Program-made: the position numbers and the translations under genes
DNA from: Fimicolochytrium jonesii
Taxonomy: Eukaryota
DNA length: 64,000 bases
Reading direction: 5' to 3'
Assembly (NCBI RefSeq): GCF_025526975.1
Contig: NW_026515673.1
Span: forward strand, 744,001-808,000
The notes under the pieces: model-generated
The model's database searches: none
What the model saw: the letters and a program-made list of their open reading frames with translations, nothing else
What the model was told of the DNA's origin: nothing
Part shown: in pieces, positions 14,383 through 27,261 of the stretch
How the letters are laid out: each line of letters begins with the position of its first letter
Position numbering within the stretch: position 1 is the stretch's first letter

Positions 14383-16082
14383 TTTGGAAAGTCGGACCTG
14401 CAATTCTTGTGTGAAAAACTTGGGCCACACACCCACACAAATATCGGGTGATTGCAGGTTGTAGTATGTACCTGAATAGCTACTTTTATGCGATAGGTAG
14501 GCCTGAGTGGGAAACTTGGAACCGAGTGCCTTTGAGTGTGTGGGTTTGCGCAAGAATTGGGAAACTGCCGAGAGGGTCGAACTGCAGCGAGACGTTTTCA
14601 AGGGCGTTGTGGGGCCCAGGTCCAGAACATCCAGTAGGCCCTACCGACACGCCCCCGCGTCCCCACGAGGCCCCACGTGCTAAGACCGCTCCCCCCCGAC
14701 AATAACGGGTTGCAATGCACATCCATTAGACAATGCATGAGAGACAGAGAGGGTTCTAGTAGGGATTGCGTCTCCTCAGGCTCTCCCCGCTCATGGTTGA
14801 AAGGGGCAAGCGGAGACGGCTTGACAGGAGTCGAATAGGGGGTCTGCAAGAAGCGCCGAGTTGAGCATCGTGAGTTCTCGGAACGCGTTGTGCACGCATA
14901 GCGGTTTGGGACAGCTAAAACATATCCTTTTTGCTCGTATTGCAATATCTCCGGACCTCTGTGACCGACCTCATCCTCTATCGTATCGATACGTCGGGTC
15001 CGAACCGCCTTCCTCCGGCCTACCCCATGCCCGCTGATGAGAGTTTACGATGTGGAATAGTACACATCAGACCCACCCTTTCTCATCCGTCAGGGAGGAC
15101 TGCAGAAGATCCAGCGGCTGTTTTTGCAGCGCCAAGAAATCCCGACCAAGCGCTAAAGAGTGCGGGAGTCCGTAAATCCCTCGTGCGAGAGTCCACCTGG
15201 CGACCTCGCTCCCCAGTTGGGCAAACAACAACCCGAACGTGCGACATGGACAGATCGATCCAGAACCTTTACGGCAGATGCAGAGTACCAAGGCGTCGTC
15301 AATGGGGAGTTGGTGCTGCGTAAACTGAATGGAGTGTCATTCGCATTCCGTTCCGGAAGTTAGATTGAAACGATCTGGAGTTGTACTTCGTATACCGGGG
15401 AAGGAGGGTCTGCAGATTCTCGAAGTTGACATAGAGATGACGGGGAAATAAAGCTCCTCGGCGTGGGCGACAGGGTACCCTCCGACTCTCAAGAATTGAA
15501 GGATAGCGTCAGAACAAGTCTGCATAGGCGGGCGGCTGCCACATGAGTATAAACACCAAATAGCTAGCCATGTTGAGAAAGAAAATTCATGAAAAATCAA
15601 TGTGCAGGTGCAGGGGGAGTTCCCGTTCCTTTCCATTCTTTATCGTTCTCAACTTCTCATCTTAACTTGTGCCCTGCCGCACGTGTGCCAGATTGTCTCT
15701 CTTTTCCCACGAGAAAGGCGGGAATAGAGAATTGACGACTTCGCTCCCGTGAGCATCGCCCTGATATTCCCCGAACGCGTTACGCACGCGTGCTCAGAAG
15801 TTAGGACTCGAAAGTTGAAAAGTGGAAGTGGTGAAGTTGCTTTCGCACAGGCGAGCTTTCCAGTCCCGACTTCCTATGTATTCTATGTGGAGAATTCCAG
15901 CTGAAGTGCAGAACACAGTTGTTTCTGCAAATATGATTGAAAAACAAGCGTATAGATGAAAAAGGTACAAAGTTATGGAAGAAGGTCGAGGAGAAGCGAC
16001 AACAATTGCCACAATAAATATGATGATGCTGATGCACGCCATAAAGCAGAACCCGGGTCTTGAATATACAACATAATGCCAA

Positions 16083-19000
16083 TCAGTAAGACCTCCCAGA
16101 GTAAAGGGCAGCCATGGCGGCCCCGAAATCTTGTCCCTGTCCCATGCCTCCGTACATATACTCATCCTGCGGGTAGCCCAGCCTGCCCGTACTCATGCCA
16201 CCATATGCTGGGGGCGCGCTGGCAACCATCGGCTTGCCCATCATGGCTGGATTCCAAGGTAGGCTCGCTGGGCGACCCGTGTACTCGATGGCAGCAGCGG
16301 CGGCCGCTGCTGCAACACCAGGTCCGCCAATGCCGGTGTAAGTCACCGCCTCGTAGATGTCAACCATCCGTTTCTGGGTGACCTGAATCTTCTGCAGCGA
16401 AGCCACCGCCATCGCATCGCGCTGCTTGATGGCAATCTCCAGCTCCCCGACTCGGTTGCGCAACCCTTCGATTGTGCGATTCTGCTCCACCACTGTTTGC
16501 TCCAGCTCCAGTGCGACAGTGGTTGCATCTCCCGTTGCTCTGATCTCACCCGCGACTTCCAATTGGGCACGCAAACCGTCGACTACGCCTTCCAACTCCA
16601 CGCATCGCCCGCGTAACGCGGCGTGAGCGGAAACCAGCTCTGCGTGCGTTCTTTGCGCGTCCTGTGAGACCTGCAACTGCTGCTTCAGAGTCGCGATCTG
16701 CGTCGCAAGCCCTTCGTTGGCGGACTGGATGCGGGTGAGGGCAGACGCTTGGGCATTAGTGAGGGCGTGCGCACTTGCGAGGTCCATCTGGAGATTATAC
16801 ACGGTGGTCGAGTCGGCGGAGTCCAGAAACCCTGCAACCGTGGGCGGGGCCGTCGTTCCTCCAACTTGACCTTTGGCATCACCGAGGATACCTCCCTGTA
16901 GGGACGCTTCCCATCCCGCAGGCGCTACTATATCCGCTTGACTACGTTGCGGGCTCACGTTTGTGGACGTCGCACCGCTCGTGAGGAACGCTGGGTTGGT
17001 TTGTATATTGTACGGCGGCCGTGGACGGATGGTTTCCTGCGAGACTTTCCATTGACCTGAAGGTGGCATCGGCGTGTCGTGAACGTGCTCAGGATACGCT
17101 CCAGCCTGCGGTTGCAGTAAGACGGGCTGCTGCGGTAGCTGCGGCCGCGGGGTGGGTTGCAATGGCTGTTGCTGCTGTGTCTCAGCCACGGTGCCCTGCA
17201 CGGAAGGTTGCGCTTCTAATTCCTGTACTTTCGGCTCCACAGGCAATGGCGGCCGCCCAAACGTGGCTGGCCGCGGCCCAAACCCGCCCTTTCCACTGTA
17301 CATCCCCGCCATCAGGCTTCCCATATCGTCGTTCCTCATCGGCAGGCTGCCTTGCTGCCGATGCTCCTCAAACTGCTTGTTCGTCTTTCCATCCCAACCA
17401 CCGAGAAGCACCCCTCCCGCGCCATTGTCATCGCGCAAATCACTCGAGGACGTCCCGCCGCGGGATTTCCACCGCAGCCCAAGTTTTTTGGTCAGGGACC
17501 TGGCGGTGCTACCTTGTTTGGCGTTGGAATCGGGGGCATTCCCAGACAAATCCCCCTCGCTATTACTAAGCGTCGCCTGGCTGTTGACCAATCCCGAATT
17601 GGAAGAGAGGTTGGATTTGCTACCTCGGCGGTGCAAGGAAAGGTGGGACAAGGAGAGCAGGCGGGAGAGCGTATTCCGCCGGGGACCTCCGGATGCAGCG
17701 CTGGGACGCCGTTGCAATGTTAAGCTAGTGAGGGCGGGGTTGGGAAGCGTTTTCGACTGGTAATCGTAGTTGAATGGTGGGTTGCTCACCCCTTGGGATT
17801 GTGGGTCGGGAAGAGGTTGGGATTGCACCTGTCCCACTTGAGCTTGCCCTTGTCCTACTTGAGCTTGCTCCTGTTCAACCTGAGCTTGATTCAGATCCGC
17901 GAAATGTTGTTCCAACAGCTTCTCTTGCTCCGGGTCTTCCTGCTTCTCGTCCTGCTTCTCCTTGTGGTCTTCCCCTTCTTGAACCGCTGCAGCAGTCAAG
18001 GCTGCTGGCAGGATCATATGTGCCGCCTTGTGCAACATCCCGGAATCTTTTGAGTCTCCAACAGATTCGGCCAGCAGCGCCGCTGGGAGCACGGTGTGAG
18101 CGGCCTTCTTGAAGAACCCTTCCTGCTGGGCAGGTGAGTTTGAGTTCGACCGAGAACGATCGTCTTTCTGTCCATTATGATGGTCCCTCGATCCTTCCGC
18201 ATGTACGATCGACTCGGCTAGTAGTGCTTGGGGTAACACCTTCCTAGCAGTCTTCGATATAATCCCTTCATGGTGAGCATCTGAGTGATTTCCTTTCTCC
18301 GTAACAATCGACTCGGCCAGCAGTGCCCCAGGCAGCACTTTCCGAGCGGCTTTTGCCATAAGCCCTTCAGGATGCGAAGTATCCGGGTGCCTCGACTCAT
18401 TCTGAGCTACAAGGGACTCAGCCAGAAGGACCTCCGGCAACACCTTCCGAGCAGCTTTGCTTATAAGCCCTTCATGATGGTGGTGGTTGTCCCTGTCGAC
18501 CAGGACCGACTCGGCCAGCAACGCTCCCGGAAGCATTTTACGAGCAGTCTTCGCCACAAACCCTTCATTTTCAGGAGGATCCGCATGCTTTTGCTTCTCG
18601 GCTATAAACGACTCGGCCAACAGCACCTCCGGTAGCGCTTTACGAGCCGCTTTCGCCATAAGCCCTTCGTGGTGATGGTGGTGGTGGGAATCTGAGTGCT
18701 TACGATGGTGCTTGGGATGCTTCGAATCCCTTTCGTCTGCGAGGGATTCCGGCAACAGCGCGTCCGGGAGCACTTTACGGGCGGCTCTCGCCAAATGTCC
18801 TTCGTGCGGTGAATCGGCACGGAAGTGATGATGGTGTTTGTCATGTTTCGAGTCGTGGCCACCCACCAAGGACTCCGCTATCAGCGCCGCCGGTAATACA
18901 GCATGAGCGGCTTTAGAAATGATCCCTTCATGCGGGGAAGATGACCGTGACCGAGAATGGTGCGAATGATGAGGATGCGAATGATGCGAGTGTTTGTGGT

Positions 19001-20432
19001 CGTGGTGATGATCTCTCGCAGCCACATACGTCTCAGCCAGCAACGCCTCCGGTAACAGCGTGTGCGCGGCTTTCGACAAGAAGCCTTCTTCTGGTGTTCC
19101 TGAGCCACTGCGAGAGTGGTGCTTATGTTTGTGGTGGTCCTTTTCCTTTACAACCGCATCAGCTAGTAGCGCCTCTGGAAGCAATGTGTGCGCGGCTTTT
19201 GATAGGAATCCTGGCTCCGGTTGCGGTGAAGCTGAGCTTTCGCGCGAATGGTCGTTGTTTATATTTACTTCTACATTCACAGCAGGAGCTGCGCCTACTA
19301 TGGCTTCCGGCAAAAGTGCATGTGCAGCCTTCGACAGCAGGCCTTGTTGAGGGGCTTGCTGTGGGGCTTGTTCGGGGGCAGGTGAACTGGTGCGCGACGG
19401 AACCTCCGCTGTCCTTTCCGCCCTTTGTCGGTTTTTAGGCTTGGTCGTGGGCGACGGGGCAGCAGGTGGAGTCCCCACATCCTTCGCCGCTTCAGTGGAC
19501 GTCGCAGCCGCTGTGGTGGCGTTTGCGTTGGCACCATATTTGAAACTGCCAAAGGGGAACGCATGCTTCCGCAGGTGCTGTGGCCGCGGCGTATCGTCCG
19601 CATCCTCATGTAGCAGTGGCAATGCATACGGCTGGGCGGGTTGGGCCTTGACTGCCGCTGCACCATCCGCTGAATCAACCTTGTCGTCGCTAGAGCGCCT
19701 GAACATGCCCAGGAACTTCTTCGGATGATCGTGCGCCTGTTCTTCCGCCGTCTCAGTCGCGGCGCCGAACGTGAACATGCTCACTGCTTTCGCTACAATG
19801 CCCTCCTTCGGCTCAGCAGGCTGCTCAGCTGCATTACCAGATCCATTCGCGACGTCTACATCTTGCGCCACTGGCTTCTCGGGAGCTGGCGTGGTGTCGA
19901 AGGTAAAGATGTGCCGGGCTCTCGCTACCATGCCTTCCTCTGGCTTCGTAGGAGCCTCTTCCACAGTGGGCGTATGCTCATTCCCCGTCCCCGTCACGTA
20001 ATGCAATGCTCGTTTCAGTACACCTTCCTTCTCTCCCGCACTTGCATCTACTTCCACGGTTTCCTGTGGGTCGGTCTCGCCGACGTCAGGCACCATCTGG
20101 CTATCCACCACCTCTTCCTCAATAACGCGGCGACGAGCAGCTCTTACGTGAACCGGCCGTAACGAGTTTCCGTCGTCGGTGGGCCGCGAAACGGCTCGTA
20201 GCACTCTGTGGTTGATCCCATCTCGTACTTCTAAAACGTGCGGAATCGACTCAGGGGTCGCAGCCGCGATCACTTCTTCCTCGTACTCCTCCTCGGTCTC
20301 TTCTACTTCTTCTCCATTGTTGTCGCGAACATACGCTCCCTCGTCGTCTTCGTCGGTTGCTCCAATGCCATCCTCCTCATCATCGTACTGCTCATTATCG
20401 GGCTCTTCCAGAGCTTGACTGCTTGCTTCCAT
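16083..20432 (-). CDS. Large intronless low-complexity protein (~1450 aa): acidic N-terminus, His-rich region with ~12 helical repeats, C-terminal coiled coil; function unknown
   Basis: The ORF is uninterrupted for 4.35 kb with the first ATG at 20432. The repeat consensus is EG(F/L/I)xxK(A/T)A(H/R)xxLPxALLAES. Confidence 0.8.
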   Translation of the reverse strand: MEASSQALEEPDNEQYDDEEDGIGATDEDDEGAYVRDNNGEEVEETEEEYEEEVIAAATPESIPHVLEVRDGINHRVLRAVSRPTDDGNSLRPVHVRAARRRVIEEEVVDSQMVPDVGETDPQETVEVDASAGEKEGVLKRALHYVTGTGNEHTPTVEEAPTKPEEGMVARARHIFTFDTTPAPEKPVAQDVDVANGSGNAAEQPAEPKEGIVAKAVSMFTFGAATETAEEQAHDHPKKFLGMFRRSSDDKVDSADGAAAVKAQPAQPYALPLLHEDADDTPRPQHLRKHAFPFGSFKYGANANATTAAATSTEAAKDVGTPPAAPSPTTKPKNRQRAERTAEVPSRTSSPAPEQAPQQAPQQGLLSKAAHALLPEAIVGAAPAVNVEVNINNDHSRESSASPQPEPGFLSKAAHTLLPEALLADAVVKEKDHHKHKHHSRSGSGTPEEGFLSKAAHTLLPEALLAETYVAARDHHHDHKHSHHSHPHHSHHSRSRSSSPHEGIISKAAHAVLPAALIAESLVGGHDSKHDKHHHHFRADSPHEGHLARAARKVLPDALLPESLADERDSKHPKHHRKHSDSHHHHHHEGLMAKAARKALPEVLLAESFIAEKQKHADPPENEGFVAKTARKMLPGALLAESVLVDRDNHHHHEGLISKAARKVLPEVLLAESLVAQNESRHPDTSHPEGLMAKAARKVLPGALLAESIVTEKGNHSDAHHEGIISKTARKVLPQALLAESIVHAEGSRDHHNGQKDDRSRSNSNSPAQQEGFFKKAAHTVLPAALLAESVGDSKDSGMLHKAAHMILPAALTAAAVQEGEDHKEKQDEKQEDPEQEKLLEQHFADLNQAQVEQEQAQVGQGQAQVGQVQSQPLPDPQSQGVSNPPFNYDYQSKTLPNPALTSLTLQRRPSAASGGPRRNTLSRLLSLSHLSLHRRGSKSNLSSNSGLVNSQATLSNSEGDLSGNAPDSNAKQGSTARSLTKKLGLRWKSRGGTSSSDLRDDNGAGGVLLGGWDGKTNKQFEEHRQQGSLPMRNDDMGSLMAGMYSGKGGFGPRPATFGRPPLPVEPKVQELEAQPSVQGTVAETQQQQPLQPTPRPQLPQQPVLLQPQAGAYPEHVHDTPMPPSGQWKVSQETIRPRPPYNIQTNPAFLTSGATSTNVSPQRSQADIVAPAGWEASLQGGILGDAKGQVGGTTAPPTVAGFLDSADSTTVYNLQMDLASAHALTNAQASALTRIQSANEGLATQIATLKQQLQVSQDAQRTHAELVSAHAALRGRCVELEGVVDGLRAQLEVAGEIRATGDATTVALELEQTVVEQNRTIEGLRNRVGELEIAIKQRDAMAVASLQKIQVTQKRMVDIYEAVTYTGIGGPGVAAAAAAAAIEYTGRPASLPWNPAMMGKPMVASAPPAYGGMSTGRLGYPQDEYMYGGMGQGQDFGAAMAALYSGRSY

Positions 20433-21910
20433 GGCTTGAGACCGAACAGATAGGTGCGGCAAACGGGTAAGTCAAAGTTGCCCAGTAAGGGGTATGGCGA
20501 GCCCTAGTGTCGAAACCCTCGTTGCCAAGAACGAATGAAAACCGTGCGGCTCGAGGGGCACCGGATGGTCGAGAACAGCTTTGTCCGTATCTGTGTGATT
20601 CGCTTAATCTCGTAGATTATAACGCTGCGCAGGTATTCGGGATATCTCTGCCCTTTTATGTAGTTTGTTTCAAAGCCTCATAAGTTCATATCAGAGATGT
20701 CTCATGAACTGTAGCGTTTTGCCCGTCGACACCAGAGTGGGTTCCTTGGCGAGCGGAGTTTCTTCGGTGGCTTGAAGTGTGGCTTGTGCGCGTCCTAGTC
20801 GATAATACTGTCATTCCAATTCGTCTCTCTCGCCACAATCCGTTTTTTGCGGTCTCAAAATCAAGAAACAACACATTGAAGTCAGGAAAGCACAAGCTGG
20901 AAGACTCTAAGGGCGACGAGGACGATGATAAGGACGGAACACGGAACCTTCTAATCGTTCTCTCGACAAACAATCTGGTCGAAGGCGGCGGCGATGACCG
21001 CGATAGATGCGAGTAGAACAAAGATGACAGCTATTGGAAAGGGATGAGGAGTGAGCGTCCTTGCACCAGAAATGCAGTCATATCTCTTGAAGGAACGATC
21101 ATGGACTGATAGCAGCAGCCGGCTCGTTACATCCAGACTCGTCCTACTGCACCACTCAGACGATGCACAACCCCGCTCGCGTTTGCAACGATACGTTGAG
21201 CTCCGTGGGCGCTGGGAAGCAATACGATACATAATACGCACTGCATTGACCTCATCGACTCCGATGGCCAGACTACGGAGTGTATGGACCACACGGACTC
21301 GCAGAACGACGTCGTCCTCGTGTCTGTGACCGACGCTACTATCAAGGTTACCACTATTGTGGAGTCGGACTCGGACAACGAGCTGGAGTGCGAGACCGGG
21401 GGATGCCAGCAGCGCCATTTGTGAACCGGGGCACCCGGCACATCTCGCCGTTCTCGCTGTGGAAGCACATACATGTTCGCATCCGTACAGCCGTTACATT
21501 TGACTTTGCATCTGCCACTGAGGAACTGATGACTGCACGCGCAGGAAACGAAGAATGAACGCAATGGTAATGGTGGGTGGTAATGATTACTGGCCAGACA
21601 TCTGGTTACGACGGGTTCTGCGCCCTGTTTGTGGAACCCAAAAGTCAACGACCAGCTTTCATGCTCGGAATGATGTGTCCTTGGGGCGTCCCTACTGAAT
21701 ACGCAGGGGCAACTTGGGCAGGTGTGGCTTTTGAACGTCCAAGTCCATTTTGTGCCAATGCATGTGCAGTTGTGCGCAAGCGTCACGCGCGCTCTGCGGG
21801 CGTCGACGGTCGTCCTGCATTCAAACTTCAAAGGCTCCCCTTAGAGTCCCCTGTCAACGAGAAACACTGACGGACAGGACAGTCCCATCACCACCATCCG
21901 GTCTCCCACC

Positions 21911-22430
21911 ATGTCACCCCCTTCAATCGCAAACCCCACCTACAAGCCCATCCCGCACCCCGCCACGGGTTCATTCCCTACCTTCCAGGCCTTCTGGCCA
22001 TTCTACCTCGGCGAGCATGCCAACAAGACGTGCCGAAGGCTGCACTTGACTGGTAGGCTAAACGCCCAGGGATATATATCATATATGTTATACTGTCGGA
22101 CGCATAGGCTGACGTTCACGGCGCGCCGTTGTTGTCTCTCTAGGAACAACCTTCGTGATCGGCGTCCTCGCCACCGCCATCACCACCTTGCAACCGCGTC
22201 TGCTCATATATGTCCCGCTGATAGGGTACGGGTTTGCGTGGGTCGGACATTTTTTCTTTGGTAGGTTTGCTTTCAGATCGCACTTCCCATTGTGACGTGG
22301 ATTGTGGATTATCTGATATATTGCGTTTGCAGAGCACAACAAACCAGCGACGTTCAAGTACCCCGTGTGGTCATTGATGAGCGATTTCAAGCTGTGGTGG
22401 GAGGTGGCGACGCTGAAGAGGGCGTTTTAA
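21911..22430 (+). CDS. DUF962/Mpo1-like small membrane protein (3 exons)
   Basis: The spliced product reads FQAFWPFYLGEHANKTCRRLHLTG...GYGFAWVGHFFFEHNKPATFKYPVWSLMSDFKLW. Confidence 0.88.
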
Positions 22431-22906
22431 CATGATGGCGATAACAGGAGGAGGGAGGTTTAAACGGAGTGAGAGGAGTTGGACGATGGTTCTTGTTTTG
22501 ATTCATGGGGCGTGGTCACTGTGGAACCGCTCTACTATCAAGTTTTCCGTCCGGCGTATGAGCAGCTATCGTAGGAGAGGTTATAAATAGGATTTGGATT
22601 GCCATTTGGGCCATGTACGGTTGTGGCCTCTATAAATATCATTGCTATGTTCACTAGTCTGGGTTCATCAAGCCATCCCAAAGGAGCGGAGGATGCATCA
22701 AGTCACTCGGTGGCAAAGCATAGTAGGCTGTGGAAGCGGGTATGTACACTATTGCCTACGCTCTCGTTTCTATTCCTGGGAGATCGCTAACAAACTCATT
22801 TGCAAGAACCGGGTGCAAGACAGGAATCAAGTGCATGATGGGAACAGAAGGAGCACGATGCATCCCAACGCACCATAAGCGTCCCAACAACGACTTCCAT
22901 CGCAAC

Positions 22907-25612
22907 TCAACGATCCTCCCTCGCCTTCTTCGCAACCGGCCCCTCCGCGTCCCCACCATCCGCCTCACTCCCCTTCCGTTTCGCGCCCTGTCCCTGTCCC
23001 GCCGCCGACGGCCCCGACGACGGTGCCGAACCACCCTGCTGTGCTGCCCCGGACCCACCGAGCCCGAAAGCGACTTTCTCGCGATTGAACGTGTTCACGT
23101 TCCGTTCGGTGTCGATGACGGTCGTGGTTGTGACTTTCGGTTGTTTCGTGGCTGGTTTGGCGGGTTTGGGGCGTTTGGCGGAGGCGAGGGGTATGTCTGC
23201 TGGGAGTGCGCTATACGAGAGAGAGGATTCATTTGCGTCAGTCTCTTGCTAGTGAACGGGAGACGTAAGAGATGAGAGCATTTACCTCCGATTCCCAACA
23301 CTAAGCACCAAATGCGCGGCCCCCGCCGCCCTCGTCCGCTCACTCAACGCCGCCGCCGTCCCCAACGGCGTATCCGTACTACTCATCTTCTCCATCTTCA
23401 GCTCCTCCTCAATCTTCCTCAACCGCTTCTCCGTCTTCATCTTCCCGCTCTTCTTGCCATGGAACTTATGACTCAGCTGCCTGAACGCCTCCTTCTGGTT
23501 GAGCTCGCGGCCATACTCGTCGTGGTACTTCAGGTCAACGTCCGGGTTGTACAGCTTGTACCGCTCCTCGATCTCGCGCGCGCGGCGCCGCTCGGCGTTA
23601 CGTGCTTCGATCGCTTCTTGTTCTTCGCGGTACCAATCGTCGTCGTCGCGGTGGTTGTTATTTTTACCTTTTTCTTGGTTGTTGCGTTCGCGGTTGCGTT
23701 GTTTTTCCTTTTCGCGTTGAAGCTCGCGGAGCCGATCGGCTTTGCGTTGTTCGTTGAGGAAGAGGAGCTTTTCGGCTTGTTTGCGTTGGCGCTCGAGTTC
23801 TTCGGGGGTGGTTTTCTCGACGAAGCCTTTTTGCGTGAGGAGAGAAATGGTGGCTGCTAGACCGGCGCCGACTAAGGGTTCTTCTTCGAGGGGCGCAGGC
23901 TGCGTATAGATACAATAAGTCAATGACACTCTAAATGGCGAAACGAAGATGACAGTTTCTTTTAACCCAACGTACCATAAGCTCCCCATCGTCGGACTCT
24001 TCATCCTTCTCCTTCTTGATTGTCACTTCCGTTTTGCTTCCATCGTCCATTTCCCAACCTCCCTTCTCATCGCCCTGGTCAGCCTCGTCAACGTCCATCT
24101 GGTCCACATCGTTCTCGTGCGTCTTTGCTTCCTGCTTCACCGCCGGCGTCGGCCGTATAGGTTCAGGCGCTTTGACGACAGGTGCTGGCGCGGTAGCCAG
24201 ATTGCGGACAAACTCCGATGTGGCGGATAGGACCATCCCACCCTCGATTGGTGCGTCCTCTTCTTTTATCTGACGTGCGGCTGTCAGGAATGACGTGAGT
24301 GAGTCCGCGCGCGATGGTAGAGGAAGACCATGAAAAAGGGGTGCTTACCATCAGCAATCGCCTCCACATCGTGCTTGCTCCGCTTCTTCATCTGCAGTCT
24401 TCGGGATCGCGCTAACGCCGACTGAAGGTCATCGTCATCCACAAAGTTCACCGCATCAATGTCCGTATTACGGTTGCTGAAGCTGTAATCTATTGGCCGT
24501 GACGCGCTGCCTGCATCCCCGTTGTCACCCGCCGTTGGTAAGTCCACCTCCATCGCATCATCCCCATTCGCCCGCGGCGCGTTCCCTCCCTCAACCGCAT
24601 CACCCTCCTCATCCACCGCCCGCCTTTCACGACGAGACGACTTCTTCTTCTTCTTTGGCTTCTTGAATGCCACCATTTCCTCCTGGGTATAGTAGTCCTT
24701 GATCTCCAGATTCTTCTCGTACGTCAGGGCGATAGCGCCCGCCCGCAGCTTTTCGCCCACTTCTTTTTTCCGTGTCTCCACATCCACCATCCCGTTTTCG
24801 CTGATCACGAACCCTCGCTCGGGTTCGCCGTCGATCTCTTCGTCATACTGAGAGAGGAGGTTCCGCTTCTTCCCGGGGTCGAGGAACTCTTCGTCGTCAT
24901 AGACGTTGTAAGCTTTCTTTCCCTTTTTCTTGTTTTCGACGTTTTTGCGACCTTTGGTGTCGTCGGCTATATTTACGTTATGAAGGATATCCCCCTCCTC
25001 TTCATTCTCCAGGATCGTAGAATCCTTCAAAGTCAGAATCGTTTCACCGCCGACAGCGACATCCTCCAGATCATGGTCCACGCGCAATCCCTTCAGATCC
25101 GACGCCTTATAGTCCGACACCGCAGACCGATCCATCTCGGCTAAATCGCTCTCCCGCTTCTGAGCCAGCATCTCAGCCTTCTTCTTCGCCTTCGCCTTCC
25201 GCTTCTCCTCCTTCTCCCTCTGTCGAAGCACCCATTTTAGTGAATCCCCCGCAGCATCCTCGTCGTCCGACGCAGCCCCCAACGTCGCCCCCTCCAGCTT
25301 GACATTCCGCTTAGCCTTCTCCTTCTCCTTCGCAATCGTCTCAATCAGCCCCTTGCGCGCGGCCTTCTCGGCGAGCTCTTTCTGGTGTTTGGCATAATTC
25401 TGTTCGGCCGCCTGCTGGCTTTCGCTGGTTCTGGATTCGGCTAAAGGTTTCAGGCCGAGTTTGACGCGCAGGGCGTTGGTTTCTTCTATGGAGAGTTCAA
25501 CGTCGCCGGTGTCGCCGTCTGCGGGAGGGCGGACGATGTGTCTGTTAGGAGGTGAGCATGATTGACTTTGGACAAGGGTTGGTGCCGGCCTGTGCTTACC
25601 GTCGCGAGCCAT
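22907..25612 (-). CDS. SNU66: U4/U6.U5 tri-snRNP-associated protein SART1/Snu66, multi-exon
   Basis: LSIEETNALRVKLGLKPL (HIND motif), ETILTLKDSTIL and YHDEYGRELNQKEAFRQLSHKFHGKKSGKMKTEKRLRKIEEE are present. Confidence 0.94.
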
Positions 25613-25958
25613 TGCTGACAATTTCCGTGGCAGGGCGAGAGTATTGGAGGTGAACTGTCCTGTATTTTGGCGAACGCTGTAGCAGGAGTGAACTGTCAGA
25701 AGATACTGTAAGTCCTAGTGGAGGAGACTCCTAGTGCGGGGCTGTTAATTGGGAAAGCGGGGAAGCCTGGGGATTCACAAGCCTTGGCCCCCCGTCTCCT
25801 TGGCCCGCGTGGGAACTGCGTGGGAACAGGAACCTGCCCATTCTTCCACAAACCCATACACCCCATAGACCCATCAACCCTACCCACAGTCATACCCACA
25901 GTCATACCCACAAGCGCCACCGATTAGCATCCACCTCAAGCGCCCTTCCATCGTCTTT

Positions 25959-27261
25959 ATGAGCCATCACCGCTGGTGGAAACGCAGCCCCTCCCCCCCG
26001 AAGACCCACCCGCCGCGTGAAGATGACCACACCGACTACCATCTCCTCTTCGGCGACGGCACGGACGCGAAGGCTGAGGATGAGATGAGGAGGCATAAGG
26101 ACGCTTTTTATCGGATTTATTGTAAGTTAGGGGGTATAAACCCGCCGGGGAATGAAGGTATATTGGGATGGTGATTAACGATTTCTTCTGTATGTCTGGG
26201 TACGCAGCGGAGATCAGCAAGAGGCGGAAGGAGATGGGGTTTGCAACAGCGAGGGATGGATCAGCGACGGGCCCGCCGAGCACACCTGGAGAGCGGCGGG
26301 AATTCCGTGATCTCGTTGATGGGCTCACGTATAAGAGGTATGGGCAAAATAAGCCAAACACCCACCCGTTCCCAATCTACGCACCCACGCAATAAAGCAT
26401 CCCTGACATCGCATTAGCAAGATATCCTACGGCATCGTCGGCTGGCTCTTCCACACCTACCTCTGCCATTGCTACTTCCGCCGCGTCATCCTGTGCGCCA
26501 ACAGCCCGAGTACGTGGGGCTTAATCACACACCCGATGGAGACATTAACAAGCTGCAAAGTCCACCCCTTCACCTTCCTCGACTGGATCAGCATCCTCGA
26601 ACTCCTCTTCTACACCCTCTGTCTCGCCGGGCAGGTGATGTACCGGCCCCTCGAACGCTGGATTCTGACTTACGGCGTATACGTCACGAACGGCGCGGTG
26701 TGCACAGCCTGGTGGTTCCTCTCCCGCGCCGCCGTGCGCGACGCAGGCTGGAGGTGGTGTCCCCCCCAAATGGGCGGCTGTGGAACCTGGACAACCCTCT
26801 GGTCGCCCGTACTGCACTGGTGGCTCTTCCTCCTCCTCCGCCGCCGGGCCCTCGCGTTAGCGCATTGGGAGGTCGAAACGCTCCTCGTCGACGCGCAAGC
26901 CATGGCTAGAATCAAAATACCTATCGGCAACGGGTTCAGGTTACAGACCCCACCCTTCTACCGACGCCCCTACACATGTTACCAGCTCTGGGCATGTTTC
27001 TCGTCCGCGCTGCCCATCCTCATTTGGGAATGGTACATCAAACACCCCGCGCCGAAGACTTCCTGGCAGCCGACGGATTTAGCAGTGTGGCCCGGGCTGG
27101 TGAAGGTGGTGATTGTGACGGCGGGGAGCACGGTGGTGTTGAAGGGCTATTTTAGCTTTTTGAGTTTTCAAAATAGGTGTGTGGCGTGGACAGAGCCGTT
27201 TAGGAAGGGGTTGGTGTTTGGGGAGGCGGATGGAGTCGTGACCGTTGGGATAATCTATTGA
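25959..27261 (+). CDS. Hypothetical multi-pass membrane protein (probably 3 exons)
   Basis: A long hydrophobic, Trp-rich ORF (26536-27261) is preceded by two short exon-like ORFs with GT/AG sites. No family was recognised. Confidence 0.5.

Noticed and set aside
14700..16050. Short ORFs between inhibitor-2 and the His-rich gene
   Set aside because: Multiple stops and no recognisable domain; possibly UTR or decayed sequence.
20690..21870. Overlapping 80-230 aa ORFs upstream of the DUF962 gene
   Set aside because: No family motifs and no consistent coding frame; could be a degraded gene but cannot be supported.
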